A stretch of DNA of 63,150 nt, filler included, from Octopus bimaculoides (lineage: Eukaryota), in assembly GCF_001194135.2 (NCBI RefSeq). It is 5 parts of 3 records of this genome, joined end to end, with 100 filler letters (N's around TTAATTAATTAA, not from the genome) between each part and the next. Parts side by side here need not be neighbours in the genome. Positions count along the whole stretch, not along the records: positions 51,358 to 53,737 come from NC_068999.1; positions 53,838 to 63,150 come from NC_068986.1; 3 more parts are not named here. One strand, given 5' to 3'. The notes below the pieces were generated by a model. It did no database searches. It was not told the DNA's origin and worked only from the letters and a program-made list of their open reading frames with translations. Shown one piece after another: positions 51,480 through 63,150 of this stretch; the first letter of the stretch is position 1; each line of letters opens with the position of its first letter. The translations under genes were made by a program, and so were the position numbers.

Positions 51480-53527
51480 GACACCACCATTCACCAGCCG
51501 CATCACCACCACAACAATCATAACAACCACTGCAACCAATGCCGATACCACCACTACCACCACTACTACCAACACCACCACTACAACCACTACCACCACA
51601 ATCACTACCACCACAAAACCAGCCTCACCACCACCGCTACAATCACCAGGCTCACCACCACCTCCACAATAACAATCACCAACATCACTACCTCCACCAA
51701 TACTATCACCACCACCATCACCATCACCACCACAACCACCACCATCAATACCACCACCGTCACCACCACCAACACCATTACCACAACCACTACCACCACA
51801 ACCACAACCATCAATACCACCACCGTCACCACCACCACCAACACCACCAACACCACCAACACCACCACCGACACCACAATCACCACCACCACTACCACAG
51901 CCACCACCGTCACCACCACCATCAACACCATTACCACCACACCACCGCTACCACGGGCCCACCGCGGCCTCTNNNNNNNNNNNNNNNNNNNNNNNNNNNN
52001 NNNNNNNNNNNNNNNNNNNNNNNNNNNNNNNNNNNNNNNNNNNNNNNNNNNNNNNNNNNNNNNNNNNNNNNNNNNNNNNNNNNNNNNNNNNNNNNNNNNN
52101 NNNNNNNNNNNNNNNNNNNNNNNNNNNNNNNNNNNNNNNNNNNNNNNNNNNNNNNNNNNNNNNNNNNNNNNNNNNNNNNNNNNNNNNNNNNNNNNNNNNN
52201 NNNNNNNNNNNNNNNNNNNNNNNNNNNNNNNNNNNNNNNNNNNNNNNNNNNNNNNNNNNNNNNNNNNNNNNNNNNNNNNNNNNNNNNNNNNNNNNNNNNN
52301 NNNNNNNNNNNNNNNNNNNNNNNNNNNNNNNNNNNNNNNNNNNNNNNNNNNNNNNNNNNNNNNNNNNNNNNNNNNNNNNNNNNNNNNNNNNNNNNNNNNN
52401 NNNNNNNNNNNNNNNNNNNNNNNNNNNNNNNNNNNNNNNNNNNNNNNNNNNNNNNNNNNNNNNNNNNNNNNNNNNNNNNNNNNNNNNNNNNNNNNNNNNN
52501 NNNNNNNNNNNNNNNNNNNNNNNNNNNNNNNNNNNNNNNNNNNNNNNNNNNNNNNNNNNNNNNNNNNNNNNNNNNNNNNNNNNNNNNNNNNNNNNNNNNN
52601 NNNNNNNNNNNNNNNNNNNNNNNNNNNNNNNNNNNNNNCATCAGTAGCATCACCATCATCTTCAACGTCGTTGTCGTCATCGTCATCCTCACCATTGTCC
52701 TCGTCATCGTGATCATCGTCATCACCATCATCAACATTGTCGTCGCCGCCGTCATCATCATCACCATCATCCTCATCCCCTTCTCCTCCCTCTCCTCCTC
52801 ACCATCATCACCATAATCATCATCACCACTATTGTCGTCGTCATTAATCACTAGCACCATAAACATCATCATGAATATCAACATCTTCATCCTCGTCGTT
52901 GTCATCATCATCATCATCATCACAACCCTCATCACCATCTCTATCATCATCATCGTCGTCATCGACGTCCTCCTCGTCCTCGTCATCATCGAAAATGTCC
53001 GTCATACTCTCCTCTTCCCCCTCCTACTCCTCCTCCTCTTCCCCCTCCTCCTCTTCCCGTTTGTCCTTTTCCTTCTCACCCCCTCTATCTCGTCCCCCGT
53101 TCCCTCCGCCATCATCCTAATCGCGATCAACATCGTCGCTGCTTAATATAACCACCAAACCCAGGTTCAATCCTCGTTATCATCACCATCTCTGCTTCGC
53201 AATTCACACAGCATCCTTATCGTCAGTAACATCAACAACAACAAGTCCTATGTGATACGTTTCAAGCACGGACAATAATCCCTGTGATGAGGCTGCTGTT
53301 GTTGTTGATGGGGATGATGCTGCAGGTATCGTTGTTATTGGAGGTGTGTGGCTGTGGTGGTTGTGGTGGTGGTGGTGGTCGTGCACGTGGTTTTGGTGAT
53401 GATGGAGTTAATGATGATGATGACGACGATGATGACGTTAATGATAATGATGGTGATGGTGGTGACGAAGACGATGAACACAATGATAGCGATGACAATG
53501 ACGACGACGATAATGATGATGATGGTG

Positions 53528-53559
<32 letters not shown>

Positions 53560-53605
53560 GATGATGATGAGGATGATGATGATGATGATGATGATAATGA
53601 TGATG

Positions 53606-53637
<32 letters not shown>

Positions 53638-53737
53638 GATGAGGATGTTGGTGGTGGTGGTGGTCACGGTGATGATGACGATGATCACCACGACGACGAT
53701 GCTGCTGCTGATGATGATGATGATAATGATGATGATG
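51480..53737. repeat. Long degenerate trinucleotide region: (CAC/CAA/CAT)-rich, then (GAT/GGT)-rich
   Basis: Seen directly; includes an N gap at 51973-52639. Confidence 0.92.
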
Positions 53738-54237
53738 NNNNNNNNNNNNNNNNNNNNNNNNNNNNNNNNNNNNNNNNNNNNTTAATTAATTAANNNNNNN
53801 NNNNNNNNNNNNNNNNNNNNNNNNNNNNNNNNNNNNNATATATATGTATGTATGTGTGAAACGTGTATATATATGTGTGTGTGTGTGTTTTGAGAATGAA
53901 TGATACTCGAAATAAGAAAACAAAGAAAATAATAAAGCGAATGAAGAGTGAAGGAGATAAAGAAGAGGAATAAAACACCGAAAGGAATTTCGAACAAAAC
54001 AGATGTAAATCTGTTATCAGTCTGGTTTAAAAGGAAGTTCTTTCACAAATTCAACCTTTCACTTCCGGGCATGACGTCATGATAACGTCCAGCATATCTA
54101 TCACCCCATGAAACATCTCTCAGCAGTTCTCCCTCTCTCTCTCTCTCTTTCTCTCCCCCTCTCTTCCATTCTGTCGCAATCTATCTATCCATCAATTCCT
54201 TTCTTTCTTTCTTTCTTTCATTCATTCATTCTCTCTT

Positions 54238-54254
<17 letters not shown>

Positions 54255-54269
<15 letters not shown>

Positions 54270-54604
54270 ACATACAGACATACACACACACACACATACA
54301 TGTACATACATACATGCAGACACATATATACAAGCATACATACATGCACACATACATACACATACATACATGCACACATACACGCATGCATACAGACACA
54401 TACACATATACACATACATACATTCATACATACACACATAAGCACATACGTACATACATACACACACATATATATACATACGCATACATACATATACATA
54501 CATACATGCACATATATACACACACACTTACATACATACATAAACATACATACATACATATACATCCATACATACACATACACATACATACATACATACA
54601 TACA

Positions 54605-54636
<32 letters not shown>

Positions 54637-54640
54637 CACA
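54255..54640. repeat. Compound (CA)/(TACA)n microsatellite
   Basis: Seen directly. Confidence 0.95.
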
Positions 54641-54644
54641 TGCA

Positions 54645-54810
54645 TATCAGTAGTTACTGGTGCACTTGGATATGGTAGTAAATATCTAAGCGACAATCTG
54701 AAAACGCTAAGTTTGCCAGGCAAAGAAAGAGACCTGCTAACGCGAACTTTACAGATAAAATCAGTAAGGTGAACACTAAAAATGTGCAACACTTTCTTAA
54801 ATTTCGGTTT
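54645..54810 (+). mobile_element. RLE-LINE C-terminal remnant
   Basis: VVTGALGYGSKYLSDNLKTL..LLTRTLQIKSV / TLKMCNTFLNF, resembling the RLE ending IGALG...GTVKICKTF. Confidence 0.55.
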
Positions 54811-55137
54811 TTGACAAATACCGTCATTACTTTTCAAATTTCAGCAATGAAACCGTTGTTTCTTTGTGAGAATTCAGCTTCCTTTTTCTAAGAAGAAACC
54901 TCATAAATATCTTTTTAAAACAACGAAGGCATACATACGTACATACATACATGCATATGTTCATAAATACACTTATACATGCTAACCCAAAGCGACAACT
55001 GCCATATTTGACGTGAGAGACTATCTATAGAGAATACAATGAACATTGCCTCCGATATTTAAGCCACAACTATCAGCCCAATTAAATCACTGGCTAATCC
55101 TCAGATGTATTCACTGAAGGAAACTTTTTTATTCCAG

Positions 55138-55289
55138 ATCGTAGTGATTTTAGATTGAAACTTGACTTTTCTATGAAGAAATTTACTACAAACAACATGG
55201 CTGCACACTACGACATCATTAACAACAACGTAGTTGAAGAACAGTACGAAAACAACTTCGCAAAAGATCTTCACATACACAGACTCTAA
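55138..55289 (+). CDS. Candidate terminal coding exon, product unknown
   Basis: cttttttattccag|AT, then RSDFRLKLDFSMKKFTTNNMAAHYDIINNNVVEEQYENNFAKDLHIHRL*; an in-frame alternative acceptor exists at 55105. Confidence 0.35.
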
Positions 55290-55796
55290 ATATTGCTCAT
55301 ATACACACACACATACACAAATACATCGTTGATGTTGCCTAAAATTTCAATGAAGTAGTAATGGATCAAGGTTAGAAACCGGCCCTTTCTCATTTAGCAT
55401 GAAATCTTGAAATAAACTGAATAATAATATACATATATTCATGCATACATATTTCAAAGAGAGAGAAAACATTATGAAGTAATGAGAAATTTGAAGATGA
55501 TCAATCCGGATTGAAAGTGTGGCTATCACAAATCCAGGTCAGAGCCGATTAAAAAATTGTAATCTTATGCCATTAATAATAGAGCTGTTAAAATATACAA
55601 AACATTATAGAAGTTTAGAATATTAAGTGGAGCCACTGTACACAGGTATAGATATACAAACATTAATTTATATAAAAATATGGATATATATAGATATTAA
55701 TCAAAATATGCAGTTCTACGTATGCAATGGCAGGTACACTTTCACTAATAAATATGCGAATAGATGCATAGATAGATTTATGGATATACACATATA

Positions 55797-56073
55797 CAAT
55801 GGGGTGCGGAAAATTCCTAGCTTTAAGGGTATCACGAAAGGCCTGGATGGAGGCCTGACTTTCCGAGTTCTTTTAGAAGGCTTAGAAAAACTGAAGGACC
55901 GCTGCAATAAGTGTGTGAATCTAAGAGGGAAATATGTTGAATAAAATCATAATTAATTGATCCTTCTGTATTTTCCTTTACCCAAAGCCGGTAAAGTAAA
56001 GACCTGATTAGGCCTGCCTCCAACCAGGCCTTTCGTGATATCTTAAAACGAGGAACTTTTCAGCATCTTTTCG
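55797..56073 (+). mobile_element. Mariner-derived MITE with about 60-bp inverted ends
   Basis: ggggtgcggaaaattcctagctttaagggtatcacgaaaggcctggatggaggc is mirrored at 56010-56073; internal LEGLEKLKDRCNKCVNLRGKYVE*. Confidence 0.8.
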
Positions 56074-56257
56074 TGTGTATGCGCGTATGTATGTCTCTTA
56101 TATATGTGTTTCGAATACGCACGCGTGAATCTATGTAAATATACTCCATGACAAAAGTAGAACAACGACAAAAGTAAAAACAAAACGAGTGAGGTTTTGC
56201 ATTGTCTCTCGATCCCCTCGAAATAATAACCTGAACCCTTTCTTACTATTACCAAGA

Positions 56258-56660
56258 GGCGTAGGAGTGGCTGTGTTGCAAGTAGCTTGCTTACCAACCA
56301 CATGTTTCCGGGTTCAGTCCCACTGCGTGGCACCTTGGGCAAGTGTCTTCTACTATAGCCTCGGGCCGACCAAAGCCTTGTGAGTGGATTTGGTAGAAGG
56401 AAACTGAAAGAAGCCCGTCGTATATATGTATGTGTGTGTGTATATACTTGTGTGTCTGTGTTTGTCCCCCGAACATCGCTTGAGAACCGATGCTGGTGTG
56501 TTTACGTCCCCGTAACTTAGTGGTTCGGCAAAAGAGACCGATAGAATAAGTACTAGGCTTACAAAGAATAAGTCCTGGGGGTCGATTTGCCCGGCTAAAG
56601 GCGGTGCTCGAGCAAGGCCACAGTCAAATGACTGAAACAAGTAAAAGAGTAAAACAGTAA
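56258..56660 (+). mobile_element. SINE family B, full-length
   Basis: A-box-like tggctgtgttg and B-box-like ggttcagtccc, internal (TA/TG)n tract, CR1-like tail. Confidence 0.92.
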
Positions 56661-58075
56661 AGTCTCAAAAGCCATAAAAATACTCGATATCGTGGTCTAA
56701 AGTACACATCTTCGAAACCATAAAAACAAAGCAGTCATATCTAGCATGCTTTTGATCATATAAATTGCTTCAGCAGAGCCATGTTTTCTAAACAATAACA
56801 CATACAGCGAAATCAGGAGCAGCTACAATGTCAAAAATTAAAACTGGAAACCCTAAGTGGTCTCCCTTTCTGTTAAAACTACTGGCCAAATCCTTTTAGA
56901 GCCAAACGTTAATAACAATCAAGAATAATAGATATTAAAGAGTACAAGCAGCAATTTGAGTGAGAAAAAGAAAGGAAGCTCGAGAAACGTTTTTAACGAT
57001 AACGGGTTCGAATCTCGGCAGCAAACCTGTTGCTTCTTTTTTTGCCTCAGATTAGTAGATATTATGACTAATATCCGTAGATATCTTTGGAGTTAATTTA
57101 TTAAACAGATAACATTTACATTAAATAAACATCGGATGTCAAGCCACAAAATATTGAAGTGGAATGAAATACAAACATGGCAGCTGGGTAGGTTTGATGG
57201 AGGCGACATCTGGCGGTATGCATGTCTGATAATCGAATTACGTCACTGAATATATATTTTATTTCCTTATCGGATTCTACGAGCAATTCTTTAATTGTGC
57301 CTACGTGTTAAGTCGCTTAAGGATATCTTATACGCTCCTCATATCTATTTGTGCGAGTGCGTATGTATGTATATAAAATGTATACATACATAGAAATATA
57401 TTATATATATAATATACGATGCTTGTGTGCGTGTTTGTGTGTTTTTGTGTCCATGGTGTATTTGTGTGTGCGTGTGGGAGGATGGGGTACTTGCGTGTGT
57501 GCGTGTGTCCGTGTGTCTGTGTGTGTGTTTACAGGTTTCGCCAGCAACAAGGAAAAGAGCAAAACTCAAGGAATAAAGAAAAAAAAGAAAACTTATTCCC
57601 GTCTGTAAACATGGCACACACGTACCACATTAACGAGATACATCAAACAAATAAAGACATTGAGCAAAACTGCCCTTAGCCCTAATGACCATACCGATGC
57701 GGCCACTGAAGAGACGATATGCAAGGTTCAGGCAAATTCCACCCATGCCATTCACCACCCATGCCATTCACCACCCCTGCTTTACCCACCACTTTCACAA
57801 CGACAGTAAGAGGAAGCCTGTAACCTGACGAGGTTTTAAACCCATAAGTCTGGGGGTTCAAATCAGAATGAGCTAAGAGAATATATGTTGAGGGCCCCGT
57901 GATGGCAAAAGCATCTAGTCTCGATGACTACGTGTGACTGAGTAGAGTCCTGCTGGAACATGTGGGTCTCGACTGCTCAGTAATTGCCCCATGTATAATG
58001 GTTAGCCAATGAAAATTATGTTTCTTAAGCCTCTCTTATGCTAAAAGAGAGTAAAGGCGCGTGGATAAGTGGTTA

Positions 58076-58249
58076 GGTGCAGGAGTGGCTGTGTGGTAAG
58101 TAGCTTGCTTACCAACCACATGGTTCCGGGTTCATTCCCACTGCGTGGCACCTTGGACAAGTGTCTTCTACTATAGTCTCGGGCCGACCAAAGCCTTGTG
58201 AGTGGATTTGATAGATGGAAACTGAAAGAAGCCCGTCGTATATAGATGT

Positions 58250-58283
<34 letters not shown>

Positions 58284-58511
58284 GTGTGTATATGTATGTG
58301 TGTGTGTGTTTGTCCCCCCAACATCGCTTGACAACCGATGGTGGTGTGTTTACGTCCCCCGTAACTTAGCGGTTCGGCAAAAAGAGACCGATAGAATAAG
58401 TACTAGGCTTACAAAGAATAAGTCCTGGGGTCGATTTGCTCGACTAAAAGGCGGTGCTCCAGCATGGCCGCAGTCAAATGACTGAAACAAGTAAAAGAGT
58501 AAAAGAATAAA
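58076..58511 (+). mobile_element. SINE family B, full-length, nested in family M
   Basis: Collinear with 56258-56660. Confidence 0.92.
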
Positions 58512-58711
58512 GGGGTATTCGGTTCACGATCGTTAGGTCATGAATTCGATACCAGAAGGCGCACTGTGCCCTTGAGCAAGACACTTCTTTTCTCGTTGCT
58601 CCAGTCCACTCAGCTGGCAAATATGGGTAGTACCTGTATTTCAAAAGGCCGGCCTCCTCACATTCTGTATTACACTGAATTTCCCTGAAAACAACATTAA
58701 GATTGCGCGTT

Positions 58712-58944
58712 ACTTATTTCTTTACTGCCCACAAGGGACTACACACAGAGGGGACAAACAAGGACAGATAAACAGATTAAGACGATTATATCGACCCTAG
58801 TAAGCAACTGGTACTTATTTAATCGACACCGAAAGGATGAAAGGCAAAGTCGACCTCGGCGGAATTTGAACTCAGAACGTAACGGCAGACGAAATACCAC
58901 TAAGCATTTCGCCCGGCGTGCTAACGTTTCTGCCAGCTCGCCGC
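58712..58944 (-). mobile_element. SINE family A, full-length, with 17-bp target-site duplication
   Basis: Flanked by cattaagattgcgcgtt (58695-58711) and cattaagaatgcgcatt (58945-58961). Confidence 0.92.
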
Positions 58945-59109
58945 CATTAAGAATGCGCATTTCTGTGAAGTGCTCAGCCACTTGCACGTTAATTCCATGA
59001 GCAGATTGTTCTGTCGATTGGGTCAACTGGAACACTCGTCGTCGCAACCGATGGAGTACCAGTTTATGGTAAAAGATGATTAGTTATTTAGTTATGACTG
59101 TTACCAAGT

Positions 59110-59500
59110 AAGGAGGGATACCGAGGGCTGTATCGTGTTGCAGCAACAGATGACGTCTGCTTTCTGAATGTTAATCATCCGCAACATTATTTAATAGTTT
59201 GTAACAGCTGCCGTAGATCTTTTGGGGTGTGAACCATTAGAGCACCCTCGCCAATATACTGTAGTTGAATGATATATTCATATTTGCATTTGGTGGTGAC
59301 CTGCAGTCCCCTGATATTGAAAAGGCTTCTATCGAATCTAAAGTTTATATCCGACACACGCTTGCCTTTATGTCCTTCCCCGGAAAACTGTTGTCACACA
59401 GACAAGAACAATATCCAACAGTACAGGAAGCAGCATGAAACCTTGTATGACTCTTATTTTTGTACTGAACCGCTCAGTTTTCATCCCTGTAATAACAACA
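59110..59500 (-). mobile_element. RTE (BovB-like) RT fragment, highly degenerate
   Basis: FNIRGLQVTTKCKYEYIIQLQYIGEGALMVHTPKDLRQL resembles RTE LFNLRRL.AKTK....ELLYADDCAL.AH...DLQ. Confidence 0.6.
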
Positions 59501-60211
59501 GGGGCTATCATCTCTGAGGAACTCTCGTAGGTTTACAATTCAGGGTGTATAGACAGATCTTCTAAGAACATTCTGAAGAATTTGATCATGTAAAATGTTC
59601 TGATAGATCTATAAATAGGCATAAGCATACTTTGTGGTAAAGAAGCATGCTTTGCAGCCAGGTAGTTCTGAGTTCAATCCCACAACACAGTAATATATGT
59701 GTCTTCTACTGTAGTCCCAGCCCAACTAAGTGAATTTAGCAGACGGAAACTTTGTTCCCTCTCTCTCTCTCCATATATATATATATACGTACACCTAGAT
59801 TAAACATATAAACACGAGGCAATCCAGCATATACACCAATGCGTATACATTCTAAAATTTCAATTCTATCGCGCAAGCGCAGCCCCTTGTGGGCAGTGAA
59901 TAAAAATGCCGGCTTTTTCAATCGAAAATTTTCCAGAAAAAATGATCAATAATCAATAATATCTGAGTTATAAGAAATATTAGAAATTTCTACAACCAGT
60001 GGCCTAGTGTGTAAAACAATTTAATCAATAGACTAAATATTTTATTTGCTAAAAAAAAAGTCTGAAACCATGGTCCAGGAGATAGATGGTGAATGTTTTT
60101 ATTTTTCATTTCCTTCGAAGTTTATCCCTAATAGTGGTTTGGATTTTAACTGTTCCTTCTAGCGTGTAAGGAATCCTATGACGGATACCTCTTATGTGTT
60201 TAAATGCACAC

Positions 60212-60261
<50 letters not shown>

Positions 60262-60914
60262 CTAAGGGATAAAATATCCGTATATACTATCGGTATCAGT
60301 TACCCGTATTATTTCTGGCCATGGGTATGCAGGCACACTATGCTCTTAAAGTACGGGTAACAACAGAATAAGCAAAAGTTTATCAGGAATCAAATATAAA
60401 TAATCAGAAAGTGGAGAAAAACTTTATCAATTGGACCACATCTAAAGCTTATTATTCAATACAAAATATGACATAACATTTATGTGACATAACAATTCTT
60501 ACGGCTATTTCCTCTTCGAAAGAATTGCGAAAATAATATCCTTCATCTTCATAGGATATTCGAACTAGAACATGGAGCTTCATCAGAGCAAATACAAAAG
60601 AGTCCAAAAAATAAAGAAAAGGAAGAGGGAATAGGAAACAAAACATGGCTTGGAGAAGAAGTCAACTACTTGGGTCGATAGAAGCAACTAAACCTCTTCT
60701 TCTCCAAATTGCTGGTTTTGTGCCTAAACGGGAAAGAATTTTCTATAAATTGTGTATTTAGAACAACATTATTCAATGTGCCCTTACAATAAAAGACTGT
60801 AGAGTGATGTTTGAAGATGACTTGTCTGCTGTTTTTATGTGATCATTGAGGGGCAACGAAAAGTTCCATGTTTCGAATGCCTGTCTAGCATGACGAATGA
60901 GATAAAGGGTCACC

Positions 60915-60940
60915 ACCACCACCACCATCGCCTACTACTG

Positions 60941-60989
<49 letters not shown>

Positions 60990-60990
60990 C
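60915..60990. repeat. (CAC)/(CTA)n microsatellite
   Basis: Seen directly. Confidence 0.95.
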
Positions 60991-61588
60991 TGATATAAAG
61001 GGCTGTGGGTAATAAATGTCACAAACATCTGCTGTACGTCACGTGGTATCTGCTCTGGAGAACAGGCCTTTTGCACATTATAATTTTATTTCACTAATAT
61101 ATAATACATAAATACATAGACAAGCTTACACACAAACACACACACGCATACATTCATATACAGATGGAACTGATATTTTATTGCATTTAGATTTTGGTCT
61201 ATACTTCACCAACCATCAGCATATGATATGATATATATATATNNNNNNNNNNNNNNNNNNNNNNNNNNNNNNNNNNNNNNNNNNNNNNNNNNNNNNNNNN
61301 NNNNNNNNNNNNNNNNNNNNNNNNNNNNNNNNNNNNNNNNNNNNNNNNNNNNNNNNNNNNNNNNNNNNNNNNNNNNNNNNNNNNNNNNNNNNNNNNNNNN
61401 NNNNNNNNNNNNNNNNNNNNNNNNNNNNNNNNNNNNNNNNNNNNNNNNNNNNNNNNNNNNNNNNNNNNNNNNNNNNNNNNNNNNNNNNNNNNNNNNNNNN
61501 NNNNNNNNNNNNNNNNNNNNNNNNNNNNNNNNNNNNNATATATGTGCGTATGTATGTATGTATGTATATATACATATATATATATATA

Positions 61589-62127
61589 AAGGGTGTTCCA
61601 AAAGGATGTACTCATTCATTGACTGACGATTACTAATGCATTGTTTTTCGTGATGCACGGGCTTACCCCGATGCAACAAATCCAAACAAATGGATTGGGA
61701 GGAGAGGTAGCGTTGAATTTCCTGCACGTTCCCCAGACCTCACTCCAATGGATTTTTCTTTATGGGGACATCTCAAAGATAAGGTTTGCGCTGCAAAACC
61801 AGTGACAATTGATGATTTGAAAAATAAAATTCGAATACAATGTCTTGCAATTCCAAACGAAATATTTGGCAATGTTGTTGAATCCATTGTTTGACGTTAT
61901 TAGCTTTGTCTGAAAAATGAAGGAAGGCAGTTTGAACCTTTGCGAAGACGCAGGAATGAGAGAGAGCGTTAAATAACTATAAATGACAATAAATAATCGT
62001 TTCTACAATAATTTATTTTCCTGAATTTAATTTAACTTTTTAGGATTATATGTATATCAATAAACATCTACTTGAAACATGCATGAGTACTACGAAGTCA
62101 AAGAGTGAGTACATCTTTTTGGGACAC
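61589..62127 (+). mobile_element. Tc1/mariner-superfamily deletion derivative (WIGR..PARSPDL group)
   Basis: TIRs gtgttccaaaaggatgtactca / tgagtacatctttttgggacac; KWIGRRGSVEFPARSPDLTPMDFSLWGHLKDKV..TIDDLKNKI. Confidence 0.88.
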
Positions 62128-62137
62128 NNNNNNNNNN

Positions 62138-62200
<63 letters not shown>

Positions 62201-62204
62201 TATA

Positions 62205-63011
62205 AAGTGTGCGATTGATAAATTGTCACCATTTTATATTTTATACTTCGCGCATACGCAAGAGTTATTTTTGGTTTTATCGACTACACAGTAGTAGTAG
62301 GATCAGTTGGGCACCGTCTGTGATGCAATTCACTCTGCCAGAAATTTGGAAACAACACCCTGTACTTGCTTGGCATTCGCGCTAGAAGCTCCAATACGAA
62401 CATTTCAGAAGACAAGTACCGAGAGTAATAAAAATAAAATATCCAGTCAGCATCATGGTGTTTGGAGTGATCACTAGTAATGGAAACGCTATGCCTCCAT
62501 TCATCTTCACACAACCTCAGACTCAATACGGAGGCCTACATCAAGTGCCTGGAGGAGGTAGTACTGCCCTGGATCAAGAGGGTGAATGCTGGAAGGCTCT
62601 ATATCTGATAACAGGACTCTGCACAATTGCCACAAAAGAAGGAGAGCTCAGTCATGGCTGTCAGACAATTTCTGCGTCCACATTACACCGCCCATCTGGC
62701 CACCTAACTCCCTAGACTGCACCCCACTTAATTATTATGTGTGGGTCACTGTTTAGTGAGAGACCAACAGAAGTCTTCCTCACGCCAAAGATGAACTGAA
62801 GTCAAGAATTATGGGAGCAATCATCAGAAGTGTTGCAGGATATTGCGAAGTTGTCTGGAGGCCGTGGTTGAAGCCAATGGCGATTCTATTGTATAAATTT
62901 ACTCTTTAGTATTTCAAGATGTAATTTTGGTAAATATATCTGTTGAAATGAAATGTCAGTGTTATTTTGATTTTTGTGTAATTTAGACGATATTTTATTC
63001 ATCGCACCCTG
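62205..63011 (+). mobile_element. maT/Bmmar1-like (DD37D) element, internally deleted
   Basis: Imperfect TIRs agtgtgcgattgataaa / ttattcatcgcaccctg with TA flanks; MVFGVITSNGNAMPPFIF, LNTEAYIKCLEEVVLPW, QDSA, IWPPNSLDCTPLNYYVW, LEAVVEANG. Confidence 0.85.
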
Positions 63012-63019
63012 TATGTCTA

Positions 63020-63064
<45 letters not shown>

Positions 63065-63150
63065 ATATATATATAAATATGTATGTATGTATATGTATAT
63101 GTGTATGCTTGTATATATATGTGTATCTATTTATATATGTATATATGGGA

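Larger units (their letters stand above)
58053..59062 (+). mobile_element. SINE family M interrupted by two younger SINEs
   Basis: Head at 58053-58075, resumes at 58512 (ggggtattcggttcacg..cccttgagcaagacac..ctccagtccactcagctgg), resumes again after 58945. Confidence 0.75.

Noticed and set aside
51480-51970. Mucin-like Thr/His/Pro-rich coding exon
   Set aside because: C/A-rich trinucleotide sequence is open in several frames by composition alone; no reliable splice boundaries.
54108-54772. YI/CV/HT-repeat ORFs here and throughout the window
   Set aside because: Translations of (TA)n, (TG)n and (CA)n microsatellites.
56258-56340. tRNA gene calls from A/B-box-like motifs
   Set aside because: They are SINE heads with no cloverleaf and continue into the SINE body.

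Overview
Eukaryotic, AT-rich, gap-rich draft-assembly window dominated by microsatellites and decayed transposons. The repeat repertoire (tRNA-head SINEs with internal microsatellites, dense (TA)n/(CA)n/(TAA)n/(CAT)n arrays) suggests a cephalopod, probably Octopus; this is an inference. There is no intact gene, rRNA, tRNA or CRISPR array. Recognisable elements are: three SINE families (my labels A, B, M); CR1/L2-group, RTE and R4/Dong-like (RLE) LINE remnants; a degraded Penelope RT; mariner, maT/Tc1 and pogo remnants and MITEs. A few short exon-like islands on both strands suggest the window is mostly intronic. The most notable signals are: (1) several Penelope-type minimal hammerhead ribozyme motifs with palindromic stem III, two of which share a non-canonical core; (2) R4/Dong-like elements repeatedly joined to (TAA)n or (CAT)n arrays, including a tandem double insertion; (3) a 50-nt 3' tail shared between a CR1-group LINE and SINE B; (4) a recurrent fold-back junction in SINE A concatemers. 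Four identical 44N-TTAATTAATTAA-44N blocks are assembly linkers, so contiguity across them is uncertain. All translations and alignments were done by eye; family names are recognitions from motif memory, not database hits.
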